Assembly: GCA_944350275.1 (NCBI GenBank)
Contig: CALVOK010000014.1
Location: 11,545 to 75,544, forward strand
Length of the DNA: 64,000 bases
Direction of reading: 5' to 3'
Origin: an uncultured Clostridia bacterium
GTDB lineage: Bacteria; Bacillota; Clostridia; Christensenellales; UBA1242
The notes below the pieces were generated by a model. The model worked only from the letters and a program-made list of their open reading frames with translations, was not told the origin of the DNA and searched no databases. The position numbers and the translations under genes were made by a program. Positions 38,259-49,291 of this stretch are shown here, one piece after another. The stretch's first letter is position 1. Each line of letters opens with the position of its first letter.

Positions 38259-40601
38259 CTATTTGTCATCCTTTTTATTGTTTTTTCTTGTTCTCTTTTT
38301 AGTCTCTTTTTCCTGCTCAAGAGCAGTTTTATCTTGTTTTTCCTCTAAGTTTTCATCATTTTTATTGTCAACTTTATCTTCTTCTATACTTTCATTTGCT
38401 GTTTTGCCTTGACTGATAACAACATTTACTTGGTTTTCACTGTTATTGTCTGTTTTATTATCAGTTTTCTCTTCCCCTTCTTTAAAGTTGAATTTGTCAT
38501 AATAAGATTGTTTAATTTTATTAAATTCTTCCTCAGTGATAACACCATTTTGGTAAAGTTTTTCGCCCTCAGCAACTTTCTTTTCAAATATTGCTCTTTG
38601 CTGTTCCATTACCTTTTCGCGTCTGAACTTTTCTTCTTTTTCTCGTTGTGCCTTCTCGCGTTCTTCCATTATTTCGGCAATTTCCTTCGCACTCTTGCCC
38701 TCAACAAGCATATCAACCTCATCCTTATTGATGGTCTCTCTATCTAGAAGTAGGTTTGCCATTTCGTTTAAAAGGTCAATGTTTTCAGAAAGAAGTTTTT
38801 TAGCACGTTTATAGTTAAAGTCAAGAATTGCCCGCACTTCGTCATCTGCCTCAGCAGCAAGTTTTTCAGAAAAATCATTTCTAGTTTGATAGTCTCTGCC
38901 TATGAACACTTGGTCACTGCTTTCAAGACCTAAAAATCCTAGGTTTTTACTCATACCCCAATTGTATACCATGTTATGAGCAATTTTAGTTGCCTGTGTT
39001 ATATCATTTGATGCACCTGTCGAAATATCTTTGAAGATGAGTTCCTCAGAAATTCTTCCACCCATGCACACACAAATCTCGTCCATGAGGTAGTTGTATG
39101 TCCTATATGAGTTGTCGTTTTCTGGTCTCTGCATTGTATATCCGCCAGCCATTCCTCGAGGTATGATTGACACCTCTTGAACCTCGTCTGTGTTTTTGAG
39201 TTTCTTTGCAAGTATTGCATGGCCTGATTCATGATATGCAGTAATTTTTCTGTCTCTATCAGTGACAAGTCTACTTTTCTTTTGAGGTCCCATAGTAACT
39301 TTATTTATACCCTCGGTTATATCTTGCATGATTATCTTTGGTCTGCCTGCTCTTGCTGCTAAAATTGCTGCCTCGTTAAGCATATTTTCTATGTCAGCAC
39401 CTGTAAAGCCTACTGTAATTCTTGCGAGAGTCTTAAAGTCGACATTTTCATCAATAGGTTTATTTCTTGCGTGTATTCTAAGTATTCCCTCTCTTCCCTT
39501 TACATCAGGAACATTTACATATATTTGTCTGTCAAATCTGCCTGGTCTTAATAGTGCAGGGTCAAGAACGTCTGCTCTGTTTGTTGCAGCAAGTACAATT
39601 ATACCCTCGTTAGATTCAAAATCATCCATTTCAACAAGTAATTGATTAAGTGTTTGTTCACGCTCATCATTACCGCCACCTAGACCTGCACCTCTCTGTC
39701 TACCAACCGCATCAATTTCGTCAATAAACACAATGCAAGGTTTGTTTTTCTTTGCTTGGTCAAAAAGGTCTCTCACTCTTGATGCACCGACACCGACAAA
39801 CATTTCAACAAAGTCAGAACCACTTATTGATATAAATGGCACATTAGCCTCGCCTGCAACCGCTCTTGCAAGTAATGTTTTACCTGTTCCTGGATAACCT
39901 ACAAGAAGTACACCTTTCGGTATTCTAGCACCAAGGTCGGTAAACTTTTTAGGTGATTTTAAAAATTCTACAATCTCTTGAAGTTCTTCTTTCTCTTCGT
40001 CTGTACCTGCAATATCAGAGAATTTAACTTTGCTTGTTGTATAGGCTTTCGCTCTTGACTTTCCAAAACTGAAAGCACCTTTGTTTGAGTTATTTAAAAG
40101 TCTAAATATCATCCAAACAAGGAAGAGCCCAAAGCATATATAAAGAATTGGATAAACTATATCCCAAGTGTTTACTCCGTCAACAGCGGCAATTGGACTA
40201 ACCTTATCCTCATCCGGTCTTGGAGTAACCGCTCCTTCTTCGCCTGTGCCTGCATTGTATTCGTCAATATAGTCAAGTATGCGTTGAAGCAACCCATCAT
40301 TATACCTATAATTAATATAGTAGTCAGCATATTCAGGAAATCTCTCGGTAAAAGCCGAGTCTCTAAGCAAGAAATACATGGTTGTGTCATTATAGTAAAC
40401 CTCAACCACCTTTTCTGTGACAAGTTCGCCCTCTTCGTTTTCAACTTCTCTTCCATTGATAAGTTCAACGACCTCGTTGTAACCACCTGTAATTCTCTCA
40501 CCGCTGTAACCATTATTTGTAAAGATAAGGACAAATAAAAGTACAACTAGCAATAGCACTACAAGATAGGTCCACCTAAATTTTGATTTGTTCTCGTTCA
40601 T
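38259..40601 (-). CDS. ftsH: ATP-dependent zinc metalloprotease FtsH with extended K/E-rich C-terminal tail
   Basis: Walker A GYPGTGKT, Walker B FIDEIDA, an SRH region and zinc site HESGHA. About 150 extra C-terminal residues are E/K/N-rich. Confidence 0.9.
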   Translation of the reverse strand: MNENKSKFRWTYLVVLLLVVLLFVLIFTNNGYSGERITGGYNEVVELINGREVENEEGELVTEKVVEVYYNDTTMYFLLRDSAFTERFPEYADYYINYRYNDGLLQRILDYIDEYNAGTGEEGAVTPRPDEDKVSPIAAVDGVNTWDIVYPILYICFGLFLVWMIFRLLNNSNKGAFSFGKSRAKAYTTSKVKFSDIAGTDEEKEELQEIVEFLKSPKKFTDLGARIPKGVLLVGYPGTGKTLLARAVAGEANVPFISISGSDFVEMFVGVGASRVRDLFDQAKKNKPCIVFIDEIDAVGRQRGAGLGGGNDEREQTLNQLLVEMDDFESNEGIIVLAATNRADVLDPALLRPGRFDRQIYVNVPDVKGREGILRIHARNKPIDENVDFKTLARITVGFTGADIENMLNEAAILAARAGRPKIIMQDITEGINKVTMGPQKKSRLVTDRDRKITAYHESGHAILAKKLKNTDEVQEVSIIPRGMAGGYTMQRPENDNSYRTYNYLMDEICVCMGGRISEELIFKDISTGASNDITQATKIAHNMVYNWGMSKNLGFLGLESSDQVFIGRDYQTRNDFSEKLAAEADDEVRAILDFNYKRAKKLLSENIDLLNEMANLLLDRETINKDEVDMLVEGKSAKEIAEIMEEREKAQREKEEKFRREKVMEQQRAIFEKKVAEGEKLYQNGVITEEEFNKIKQSYYDKFNFKEGEEKTDNKTDNNSENQVNVVISQGKTANESIEEDKVDNKNDENLEEKQDKTALEQEKETKKRTRKNNKKDDK

Positions 40602-40786
40602 ACATTCTCCTTATATTTGTTATGATTTGTTTTATGTTGAATAGACAAAAGTCGTTCAACAATAGTTTTTATTTTTGTTATTCCTACCAATAACTCTAGT
40701 TATTTTATCATAAAATTATTTTTTTCACAACAAATAAAAGGGCATTTTGTAAGAAAATTTTAAAAAATTATACTTTTTCGACAAAA

Positions 40787-42070
40787 TTAGTCAGATTGCG
40801 TAACTATGTTAAGTTTGAAAGTAACATAATTTATAAATTTATCTGCATTTTCTATCCCACCTATATCGTCAATAAACTTTTTAAAACTCTTTCTATCATC
40901 TTGAAAAAACTTCCGACCTATGCCTATAACATCTGTGTTATTTTCCTTTAAAATGTTGATAGATGAGGTAAATTGTTGTTTGACAGCCCTCTCTATCTTG
41001 GCAGAAATTTCATCGGTAATCTCGCTAAACTCGGTGTTAAGACGAAGTTCATCATGCTCGCCACCAACCTCAACAAGTTTCACACCAAGAATGAGTTGTG
41101 CCATATAAATAGGATAGCCATTTTCAAAAGTTGTCGAAATCAAAACTTTTTTATTTTTTATTCTAAACTGCATAGAATAGACCTCGCCCTCTTTCTCAAC
41201 ACCATCAATCTCTATAATTTGGTTAATAGACTTTGGGTTTAATAGATTTATTCCATTTAACTGCTCGACATCAAGAATGGCAACCTTTTTGCCCTCCTTA
41301 ATCAGCATTGCTTGTCCCTGATTGACAATATGTTTGCCCTTTGCATCACCATTTCCGCTTGACGAGTTAGAACTGCCCTGCAAGCCCTCACTCTGTCCAC
41401 CACTTACACTTTCTGCTCCGCTAACCTCTGCGTTATCTTCATTGATGTATAGGTCATCTTCTACCTCTAAATAACCTATTATTGAGGACTTTACATGGCT
41501 ATAATATCCCTTATAAAATGCCTCAAGTGATGTGTCGGTAACATAGAGGTTGTTTGCATTGTAGGCAATAATCTGCTCGAGTTTTAACCCCAAATCATTG
41601 ACAAGATTTTGTGACTGTTGAAGCATTTCCTTCGCCGATTTATTTGTGCAGACAAAAACGGTATTCTCTGGAAGTGAGGCAACACGACTTAGGTAGTCAA
41701 CTGTCGAGGTTATATCCTCCTCAAGTAGTGCCTCATTGACTATTGTGGTTTTTGCGTGAGCGAGCCCTATTGTTCGCCCCATAGCAATCTGCGCATTGTA
41801 TACAGCCTCGGCAACTGAGTCACCCTTGCCTGAGATTACCGAGGACTTCTCCTGATATGATTGATTTGCAGTCGGAATAAATGTGAGGAGTGAGACCTCT
41901 AGTTCATCTTCAATCTTGTCAATTCCTATCGCGGTAACAACCCCCTTATTTCTACTTTCTCCAGGCGAATAGATTGCATAAGGTGTAAAAAAAAGAAGTA
42001 TTATTATAAATACTATTATCATAGGTGATTTTAAAATTACCCTTACTCTCCTTTTCATAGATTTATCCAT
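40787..42070 (-). CDS. Ger(x)C-family spore germination protein (no lipobox Cys)
   Basis: AIGIDK early motif, position after the GerA/GerB homologues, and a C-terminal Ger(x)C-like region. The N-terminus has a TM helix but no Cys. Confidence 0.75.
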   Translation of the reverse strand: MDKSMKRRVRVILKSPMIIVFIIILLFFTPYAIYSPGESRNKGVVTAIGIDKIEDELEVSLLTFIPTANQSYQEKSSVISGKGDSVAEAVYNAQIAMGRTIGLAHAKTTIVNEALLEEDITSTVDYLSRVASLPENTVFVCTNKSAKEMLQQSQNLVNDLGLKLEQIIAYNANNLYVTDTSLEAFYKGYYSHVKSSIIGYLEVEDDLYINEDNAEVSGAESVSGGQSEGLQGSSNSSSGNGDAKGKHIVNQGQAMLIKEGKKVAILDVEQLNGINLLNPKSINQIIEIDGVEKEGEVYSMQFRIKNKKVLISTTFENGYPIYMAQLILGVKLVEVGGEHDELRLNTEFSEITDEISAKIERAVKQQFTSSINILKENNTDVIGIGRKFFQDDRKSFKKFIDDIGGIENADKFINYVTFKLNIVTQSD

Positions 42071-42110
42071 TATCTCCTTTTCAAATATGTATCCGCTTGG
42101 TTTATTTTTA

Positions 42111-42144
42111 TCTTGATTTATTGTTTATCTTGATTTATTGTTTA
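42111..42144. repeat. Perfect 17-bp tandem duplication (tcttgatttattgttta x2) in the gerB-gerC spacer
   Basis: 42111-42127 equals 42128-42144. Confidence 0.85.
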
Positions 42145-42193
42145 TAACGTCAGTTTTGCTCTTTTTCAAAAATTTTATTACAATAAGTCTTAT

Positions 42194-43270
42194 CTAACTA
42201 TCATTTATATTATTCTTTAATCTTAATAAAAGAAATATCACTATAATAGGAATAAGATAGTTTACAAACACAGCAAGGTAAGGAAGCCAGAACAGAGAGG
42301 ATGCCACCATAGTTTCATATTTTCCTATAAAGACATAGTATAAAAGCAGGAACAGAATATCAAAAATTACCACTGAGAAAGTCTTATTTAGAGGAAAGAT
42401 ACTCATAAAACAGTCACAAAAGGCATAGGAAAATATCTCTATTTGAAAAAGAGTGATAAACATTATTGTAAGCATGGCGATTATATCAAGTCTACCTATT
42501 GCATTGAATTGAACGGAAAAAACTAAGAGGTCAGCAAGTGCGTTGTTATGCATAAATGCGGTTGATTGATATTTTGCATAGAATAGAAAGAACAATATAA
42601 GTACAAGAAACATGGCAAATAAAGAATAGAAATAGAGATTTTTTGTCTTGCCCTTATTGAAATCTATCCTATCCATAATAAGAAAAAAGAATATAAAGTC
42701 GCCAAATGCGAAAACATGGTTATACATTGACGAGAAAAACTCGCTTGAGTTTGATGTGAAAAATAAAGGCATAGAAATTGGTGTGAATAAAGATATGACA
42801 AGGCAAAAGATAAACCCAGCAATCACTATCCAAAAAAACAACTCAATTGTACGAGAAAACGACCTAACACCTACAAAAATTGCATGATTAATTACAGGTA
42901 GAAAGGCTATGAGGGCAAGAAATATAAACTCCTCTTGATAAATTTGCTGTTTAAAATATACATATGTTATTGAAAAGACTAGCAGGCACTTAAACATAAA
43001 AAATATAAGCAAGGCAATATATATTAACTTTGTAAAAAACACCCCTATTTTTGCTTTTAACACATCATAAAACTTATCATCCTTATAGACTTTTTTAAGT
43101 TTGATAAATATCGGTAGCATTATAAAATCAAGTAAAAATAAGACTAGCAGTACAAAAATTGAGTCTGCTGAGGTCTGATGATACATAAGTGACGGCATAA
43201 GCAGTATTTTGTTTGCAAATATGCACAAAACCATTAGTATCCCACACTGATTTATACTTATCTTTTTCAT
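42194..43270 (-). CDS. Spore germination permease (GerAB/GerKB family, APC-like)
   Basis: 358 aa with about 10 TM helices. It overlaps the gerA homologue by 4 nt. Confidence 0.8.
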   Translation of the reverse strand: MKKISINQCGILMVLCIFANKILLMPSLMYHQTSADSIFVLLVLFLLDFIMLPIFIKLKKVYKDDKFYDVLKAKIGVFFTKLIYIALLIFFMFKCLLVFSITYVYFKQQIYQEEFIFLALIAFLPVINHAIFVGVRSFSRTIELFFWIVIAGFIFCLVISLFTPISMPLFFTSNSSEFFSSMYNHVFAFGDFIFFFLIMDRIDFNKGKTKNLYFYSLFAMFLVLILFFLFYAKYQSTAFMHNNALADLLVFSVQFNAIGRLDIIAMLTIMFITLFQIEIFSYAFCDCFMSIFPLNKTFSVVIFDILFLLLYYVFIGKYETMVASSLFWLPYLAVFVNYLIPIIVIFLLLRLKNNINDS

Positions 43271-44691
43271 GTCCGCTCCTTTTTCTCAGGGCTGAACGAC
43301 TGAGGTCGGTGCTTCATGCTAAACGAGGGATTCATAAGAATTGCGTCTTTCAAGTCTTGGTTTATTCGAGGACTATATGGTGCAAGATATGGTGTAGAAA
43401 AACTGTCAAAATCATTTAGATAGTTGACTATGTATACCATGCCTGAAACTATACCTATAAGTCCGAGCGAACCGCCTAGCACAATAAACACAAGTTGCAA
43501 AACGGTTATTTGTGGTGCCTGCTCGGGTATTGTGTAGAGAGCAATCTTTGATAGAGCGACAATTATCACCCCTGGCGGAGAGATTAGTCCCGCCTTAACA
43601 CCTGTATCACCAAGAATTAATGCTCCGACTACCGAAGTAGCAAGACCTAAATAACTTGGAAGTCTTAGACTGACTTCGTAGAGTACCTGAAAGAGCAAAA
43701 ATATAAACAAAATCTCTAAAAATGGTGTAAACGGCAGTCCCTGTGTGGTATCTGCAATTGTTATCAAAAAATTTAGTGGTAGGATATTGTAATGAAAAAG
43801 TTGAAGAGCGAGATAAAAGCCAGGTGCAATCAAGGCAATTAAAAGACCTAGAAGTCTGATTATCCTTACAAAAGATGAATAATGATGATTGGTATAATAA
43901 TCATTACTGTTTTGCAAGTCCTCTATAAATATAAAAGGAATTGTTAGCACAATTGGCGAGTTATCAACAATTATTGCAACCTTGCCCTCCAATAATTTTG
44001 ACACCACAATGTCAGGTTTTTCGGTGTTGCCTATCTGTTTAAAAAGTGAACCTGGTCTTTTTTCAAGGCAATAGAGGATATTGTAGGAGTCAAGCACGCC
44101 ATCAATCTCAATTTTTGAAAGTTTTTGGCGAATTTCTTTGACTATCTTTTTATTTGCAATGCCTTTAAGATAGGTTATACATACCTTTGTCTGCGTTTTT
44201 GTGCCCACTCTCACCACATCCATGACCAAATCTTGAGATTTTATCCTACGTCTTATCAATGTTACATTTGTCTGTAAATCTTCAACAAAGCCCTCGCGTG
44301 GACCTTGAATTACTGGTGAAGTTGGTGGCTCTGACGGTATGCGAGTTGGGAATTTTAAGAGGTCTATTGATAAAATTCTATCTGAAAAGTTTGTTAGAAG
44401 TATAACTCTTCCGTCAAGAACCTCATCTACAATCTCCTCTTTTTTAACCTCCTTGATATCTACACATTTTATTAAATCATTTTTTAGTATGTCAAATGAG
44501 AATTCTCCCTCATACGTTTGCAAAGGAAAATACAGGGCGGAGGAAAAAAGTTGAGAGTCAATTATACTTTTTAGGAAGATAAATGCTAGTTTCTGCTTGT
44601 CTTTCTTATAATAACGGTAGGAAAAATCCACGCATTCATTGAGTGTAGTTTTAACCTTTTTTACCTCTTGTTCCACATTAAAATAAGACAT
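43267..44691 (-). CDS. Spore germination protein GerAA/GerKA family
   Basis: Soluble N-domain (RILSIDLLKFPTRIPSEPPTSPVIQGPREGFVEDL) followed by a C-terminal membrane domain. Confidence 0.85.
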   Translation of the reverse strand: MSYFNVEQEVKKVKTTLNECVDFSYRYYKKDKQKLAFIFLKSIIDSQLFSSALYFPLQTYEGEFSFDILKNDLIKCVDIKEVKKEEIVDEVLDGRVILLTNFSDRILSIDLLKFPTRIPSEPPTSPVIQGPREGFVEDLQTNVTLIRRRIKSQDLVMDVVRVGTKTQTKVCITYLKGIANKKIVKEIRQKLSKIEIDGVLDSYNILYCLEKRPGSLFKQIGNTEKPDIVVSKLLEGKVAIIVDNSPIVLTIPFIFIEDLQNSNDYYTNHHYSSFVRIIRLLGLLIALIAPGFYLALQLFHYNILPLNFLITIADTTQGLPFTPFLEILFIFLLFQVLYEVSLRLPSYLGLATSVVGALILGDTGVKAGLISPPGVIIVALSKIALYTIPEQAPQITVLQLVFIVLGGSLGLIGIVSGMVYIVNYLNDFDSFSTPYLAPYSPRINQDLKDAILMNPSFSMKHRPQSFSPEKKERT

Positions 44692-44707
44692 ACTTTACCT
44701 CTAAAAA

Positions 44708-44737
44708 TAGTATGTCTTAATAAATTTATTTTTATGT
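44708..44737 (-). promoter_or_regulatory. Candidate forespore (sigma-G/F-type) promoter of the ger operon
   Basis: rc of 44708-44714 is CATACTA (-10 CATxxTA). An 18-nt spacer leads to ACATA (rc of 44733-44737), which lacks the consensus G. Confidence 0.3.
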
Positions 44738-44787
44738 ATAGTTTTAATAAAATTATTTTTATAGTTTAATCTAAAATAATTTTTAAA

Positions 44788-44827
44788 TAAAAAAATTTGC
44801 TCCTATAAACTTTTTAAAAGGAGCAAA
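44788..44827 (-). terminator. Intrinsic terminator
   Basis: 9-bp stem tttgctcct (44796-44804) / aggagcaaa (44819-44827), followed by a T-run on the minus strand. Confidence 0.65.
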
Positions 44828-44859
44828 ATTATAAAAATTTACAAGTTTTTGAAAAGAGA

Positions 44860-45813
44860 CTACTCCTCTAAACTTGTTTGTTCATACCCTGTCGCATAGA
44901 CAATTTCGCCCTCATATACATTATATATATCCTGATTTGCTGGAGTCGCCCCTATGCTCATCCCATTTTCATAGAAGTTTTTAAGGTCAATTTTAAAGGT
45001 AAAACCATCGCCATTATTCACCGTTTCAAATTCTATACATCGGTGTGGTTCTTCATTTAGGTAAATATCTATTGTAAGCAACTGCTCATCACCCTCTATT
45101 GTCAATATTTTGCTCTCCTCATCAAAAGTAACACTTTCAAAAGGCGAGAATTTGTGAATTATCTGGCACTGAACCTGGTTTGACGGCAAACTGTCCTCAT
45201 AATAATCTAAATCGGAGCAGGCAATAACGTAAAAAACTCTGTCTCCACCTGTGAGCGAACTTATATCAAGACTTGTCTCTTCTGTTTCAATCGCGTCAAG
45301 TCCACTTACATGGACAATGTAACTATCAGCATTTTCCACCTCATCCCAAACAAGTAAGTTTTCATTTTCCTCACTAGCGCTAAGAGTTGTGCGTTTAAGA
45401 TAGGTAAAGATAGTCCATTCTATTGAGGGGCTATATTCTGTGTTATTGCCTGAATTCTCACTCAGATAGCATACAGAAATTTGATATTTTCCTCCAAGTT
45501 CAAGGCCATTTTCAAGAAGTTCATCCACAGTCAGAGTATTGCTCTCACTTTCAATGATGGTCTCCTCTCCCTCGTTATCTACAAACCTAAATCGGTACTG
45601 AAGATAGTTGTCATTCATGTCGGCAGTTAAATAGACGTTCTCTCCATCAAAATGCACCTCCACACTGCTTGGCGAAGAGGTATTGTAGTTAAGCAAAAAT
45701 GCAGTCACAACACCACCAATGACAATAAGTCCTATTATGACAGATAAAAGTATATAAAGCAATTGTTTCTTGTTTTTCTTGCCCTTTTGGGCATTTTTTG
45801 TCTCTTTTACCAT
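44860..45813 (-). CDS. Hypothetical membrane-anchored protein with Fn3-like repeats
   Basis: N-terminal TM helix. LLVWDEVENADSYIVHVSG is an Fn3-like W...A..Y.V pattern. Confidence 0.65.
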   Translation of the reverse strand: MVKETKNAQKGKKNKKQLLYILLSVIIGLIVIGGVVTAFLLNYNTSSPSSVEVHFDGENVYLTADMNDNYLQYRFRFVDNEGEETIIESESNTLTVDELLENGLELGGKYQISVCYLSENSGNNTEYSPSIEWTIFTYLKRTTLSASEENENLLVWDEVENADSYIVHVSGLDAIETEETSLDISSLTGGDRVFYVIACSDLDYYEDSLPSNQVQCQIIHKFSPFESVTFDEESKILTIEGDEQLLTIDIYLNEEPHRCIEFETVNNGDGFTFKIDLKNFYENGMSIGATPANQDIYNVYEGEIVYATGYEQTSLEE

Positions 45814-45884
45814 AACTTAATTATAGTATAACCTAATATTTAAAAAAATCAAAGCAATTTTTTAATAAAAAAACAAAAACAATA

Positions 45885-45913
45885 TTGACAAATTGATTTA
45901 AATGGTATATACT
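45885..45913 (+). promoter_or_regulatory. Sigma-A promoter (TTGACA, 17 nt, TATACT)
   Basis: TTGACA at 45885-45890 and TATACT at 45908-45913. Confidence 0.55.
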
Positions 45914-45935
45914 ATTGATAATTAATGGAGGAAAT

Positions 45936-46601
45936 ATGTTTGAATATATGACAACATCTCAAATTGCATCTTTAATTATAGGTATTGTGTTCTCGGTAAT
46001 ATCTATTGCTACCACCATCCTTGCAATTAAATATGCAAAAAAAATCAACTCTTTTGCAAAATCAATCGCCCTTTCACTTGTCGCACCTACAATTGCTTTC
46101 ATTGCTTGGCTATTCCTTATCTTCTCATTTGTAGACGGATTTAGAACTGACGAGACACTTACCCTTATTGTCGCAATCATTTTGGCAGTTATTATTGACG
46201 GAATGCTTGTAATCGTTGCAAAAGCACTCTTCAATAAGCACCAAGATGAATTTGAAAACGAGGAAGAAAATCAGTCTAAAGCAGAAAAGCAAGAGCAAAC
46301 CACACAAACTCAAGTCGCTAAAGAAGATGTTAAGGTAACAAAACCTTTACTCTTGACAAATTCTAATGAAAAGCAAACAAAGGATGAAGTAAAGGTAACT
46401 ACGCAAAAAAACATTGAGTATAATAGTCAAGAACCATCACAAACAACTGACAATAAAGATGTCAAGGAAGATGCTAATAAACAACCTGCTGACAGTGAAA
46501 CAACAATGACTCAAGAAGAACAAGAAAACCTTGAATTTGAAAAGTTCTTGGAAGAATTACGCAAAAAGACACAAAATGGCGACAAAAAAGATGATGAATA
46601 A
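45936..46601 (+). CDS. Hypothetical membrane protein with acidic/Lys-rich C-terminal tail
   Basis: I chose the ATG at 45936 because GGAGG lies at 45927-45931. Three TM helices are followed by a Q/E/K/T-rich tail. Confidence 0.65.
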   Translation: MFEYMTTSQIASLIIGIVFSVISIATTILAIKYAKKINSFAKSIALSLVAPTIAFIAWLFLIFSFVDGFRTDETLTLIVAIILAVIIDGMLVIVAKALFNKHQDEFENEEENQSKAEKQEQTTQTQVAKEDVKVTKPLLLTNSNEKQTKDEVKVTTQKNIEYNSQEPSQTTDNKDVKEDANKQPADSETTMTQEEQENLEFEKFLEELRKKTQNGDKKDDE

Positions 46602-46625
46602 TTAACGACATAATTAGTTGATATA

Positions 46626-46666
46626 CAAAAAGACTGGCTAAATGAGAATAAAGTCAGTCTTTTTTA
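46626..46666. terminator. Bidirectional intrinsic terminator
   Basis: aaaagactg ... cagtctttt with a long loop, between convergent genes. Confidence 0.5.
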
Positions 46667-46779
46667 TATGCTTTTAAACAAAGAAAAATTAATAAATTAT
46701 CTTTTAAATATAAAATTTATAAGTTCTGAATTTCTTAGTTTATAAAGTTTGAATTTTAAAAATTTAAAAGTTAAAAATT

Positions 46780-49203
46780 TTATTTTACAATGATGTTGAC
46801 AAGTCTATTTGGAACATAGATTTCCTTGACAATAGTCTTACCATCTATCATCCCTTTTACCTTCTCGTCCGCCTTTACCTGTGACAAGATTTCCGCCTGA
46901 GTTAGAGTTGTGTCAATATTCAACTTTGTGATAATCTTGCTGTTTATTTGAATTGCAATTTCAACTGAAGATTTTACTAAGTTCTTTTCATCATATGTAG
47001 GCCAAGACTGGTCAAGAATCTGTGCGTTAAACACCCTTTCATACATCTCGCTTGTTATATGTGGAGCAAGTGGGTTTAAGAAAATTAGAAATTGTCTAAG
47101 TTCCTCTTTTGTGATAAATCCATCCTCTTTTATCTTCTTAACAAAAATCATTAGTGCAGAGATTGCGGTATTGAGTTTAAGGTTCTCATAATCTTCGCAG
47201 AGTTTTTTGTTTAAGACAGTAAGTTCGTAGATATGCTCCTTTGAAATGTCCTCACCCTTTATCATATCTTGAAGAGACCAAACTTTGTCAATAAATGAGG
47301 TTATACCATTTATTCCGTCATAAGTCCAAGGAGTGTTATCCTCATAACCGCCAAGGAAATGCACGTGAAGTCTTGCAACGTCAGTGCCATATTTATCAAT
47401 GACTTCAAGTGGAGAGACACCGTTCGTCGAACTCTTGCTCATCTTTTTGCCCTCGCTGTCAAGGATAAGTCCGCTACCCATTTTTCTAACAAATGGGTCT
47501 CTTGTAGGCACCGCTCCTATCTCGTAGAGGAAGTTTTGCCAGAAAAATGCATACAAAACGTGGCGAGTGATATGCTCTGTTCCACCTGTGTAGCAGTCTA
47601 CACTACCCCAATATTTGAGTTTTTCAAAGTCGGCAAGAGCCTTGTCATTGTGTGGGTCGACATACCTAAGCCAGTACCAACTTGAACCTGCCCAGTTTGG
47701 CATGGTGTCAGTCTCACGTTTGGCAGGTCTGCCACATTTTGGACATTTACACTCCACCCAATCTTTTGCCTTAGAAAGTGGCGAGTCACCCTTTTCGTTT
47801 GGCATATAGTCTTTTACTTTTGGCAACTCAAGAGGCAGGTCCTTTTCATTAAGTGCCACCTCTCCACAGTGAGAGCAAAGCACAATAGGGAAAGGTTCTC
47901 CCCAGTATCTTTGACGGTTAAATGCCCAGTCGGTCATCTTATAGTTGACCTTTATCTCGGCAACACCCATGTCTATAAGTTTTTGTGCTATTTTTTTCTT
48001 TGCCTCTTTGACAGGCATACCATCAAACTCGGCAGAGTTTATCATCTTACTGTTCTTTGCAAGGTATTCTTTCTTCTCAACCGCACACTTAGATGTGTCG
48101 CCCTCAATTATTTGAATTTTTGGAATATTAAATTTTTCGGCAAACTCATAGTCTCTCTGGTCATGACTAGGCACTGCCATAACAGCACCTGTCGCATAGC
48201 CATTAAGCACAAAATCGGCAATATACATAGGCACTTTTTTATTGTTTACTGGGTTTACAACATAAAGCCCTTTGAGGACTGCTCCTGTCTTATCCTTTTG
48301 GTCGGAAAGTCTATCAAACTCAGTCCTGAGTGCTGTTTTCTTTCTATAATCTTCAACGTCTTTCCAGTTTTGGATATATGGCTTTAGTTTATCAACAAGG
48401 CTATTTTCTGGTGCAAGTGCGACAAAGGTTATACCGTATACAGTCTCAACGCAGGTGGTAAATATTTCAAGGTCGCCCACCTTTTCATCCTTTTCATTAT
48501 ATATAGGAAATCTTATTTGAGCCCCCTCGCTTCTTCCTATCCAGTTTCGCTGTGCCTCTTTGAGATTTTCTGCCATGTTTATTCGGTCAATATTTCCAAG
48601 GAGTTTTTCGGCATACTCTCTCATCTTCAAAAACCAACTCCACCTGACCTCTTGAACTACATCATTCCCACACCTATCACACTTTCCGCCTTGGCTATCC
48701 TCGTTTGACAGAACCGTTTGACAATGCGGACAGAAATTGACTTTTGATTTTTCCTTGTATGCCTTGCCGTGCTTAAATAATTGCAAGAATATCCACTGTG
48801 TCCATTTGTAATACTCAGGGTCGCTTGTGCAGATTGTCCTATCCCAGTCAAAAGATAGTCCTAGTCGTCTTGACTGCTCAAGCACATTTTTAAGACCATT
48901 TGCAACAAACTCATGCGGGTCAATACCTGTCTTAATTGCTGCGTTTTCTGCTGGCAAACCAAATGCGTCTCCACCTATTGGGAAGAGTACATTATAGCCT
49001 TTAAACCTTTTAAATCTTGCAAGAGCATCGGCAGGAATTGTACCTTTCATATGCCCCATATGCAAATTTCCACTTATGTTATAAAATTCATATAACACAT
49101 AATATTTAGGTTTCGTTGGATGAAAATCTATTGCTTTAAAAGATTTTTCCTTGTACCACTTGTCTTGCCATTTTTTCTCAATTTCCTTGAAATTATAATC
49201 CAT
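46780..49203 (-). CDS. leuS: Leucyl-tRNA synthetase
   Basis: HMGH (HIGH-type) motif, KMSKS motif and a CP1 editing domain. 807 aa. Confidence 0.95.
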   Translation of the reverse strand: MDYNFKEIEKKWQDKWYKEKSFKAIDFHPTKPKYYVLYEFYNISGNLHMGHMKGTIPADALARFKRFKGYNVLFPIGGDAFGLPAENAAIKTGIDPHEFVANGLKNVLEQSRRLGLSFDWDRTICTSDPEYYKWTQWIFLQLFKHGKAYKEKSKVNFCPHCQTVLSNEDSQGGKCDRCGNDVVQEVRWSWFLKMREYAEKLLGNIDRINMAENLKEAQRNWIGRSEGAQIRFPIYNEKDEKVGDLEIFTTCVETVYGITFVALAPENSLVDKLKPYIQNWKDVEDYRKKTALRTEFDRLSDQKDKTGAVLKGLYVVNPVNNKKVPMYIADFVLNGYATGAVMAVPSHDQRDYEFAEKFNIPKIQIIEGDTSKCAVEKKEYLAKNSKMINSAEFDGMPVKEAKKKIAQKLIDMGVAEIKVNYKMTDWAFNRQRYWGEPFPIVLCSHCGEVALNEKDLPLELPKVKDYMPNEKGDSPLSKAKDWVECKCPKCGRPAKRETDTMPNWAGSSWYWLRYVDPHNDKALADFEKLKYWGSVDCYTGGTEHITRHVLYAFFWQNFLYEIGAVPTRDPFVRKMGSGLILDSEGKKMSKSSTNGVSPLEVIDKYGTDVARLHVHFLGGYEDNTPWTYDGINGITSFIDKVWSLQDMIKGEDISKEHIYELTVLNKKLCEDYENLKLNTAISALMIFVKKIKEDGFITKEELRQFLIFLNPLAPHITSEMYERVFNAQILDQSWPTYDEKNLVKSSVEIAIQINSKIITKLNIDTTLTQAEILSQVKADEKVKGMIDGKTIVKEIYVPNRLVNIIVK

Positions 49204-49291
49204 ATTCTCTCCTTAAAAATTCAAATTCTACCACTTTAAATCTAAAAAAAATATCTATTTTTTACATACAATTTAACTGATATTATACTAT

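Noticed and set aside
43213-43419. 68-aa plus-strand ORF at the gerA/gerB junction, and similar small ORFs within the ger genes
   Set aside because: It is antisense to overlapping, family-supported germination genes.
47869-48387. 172-aa plus-strand ORF and neighbours (47359-47685, 47615-47809)
   Set aside because: They are antisense to leuS, whose HIGH/KMSKS motifs fix the real frame.
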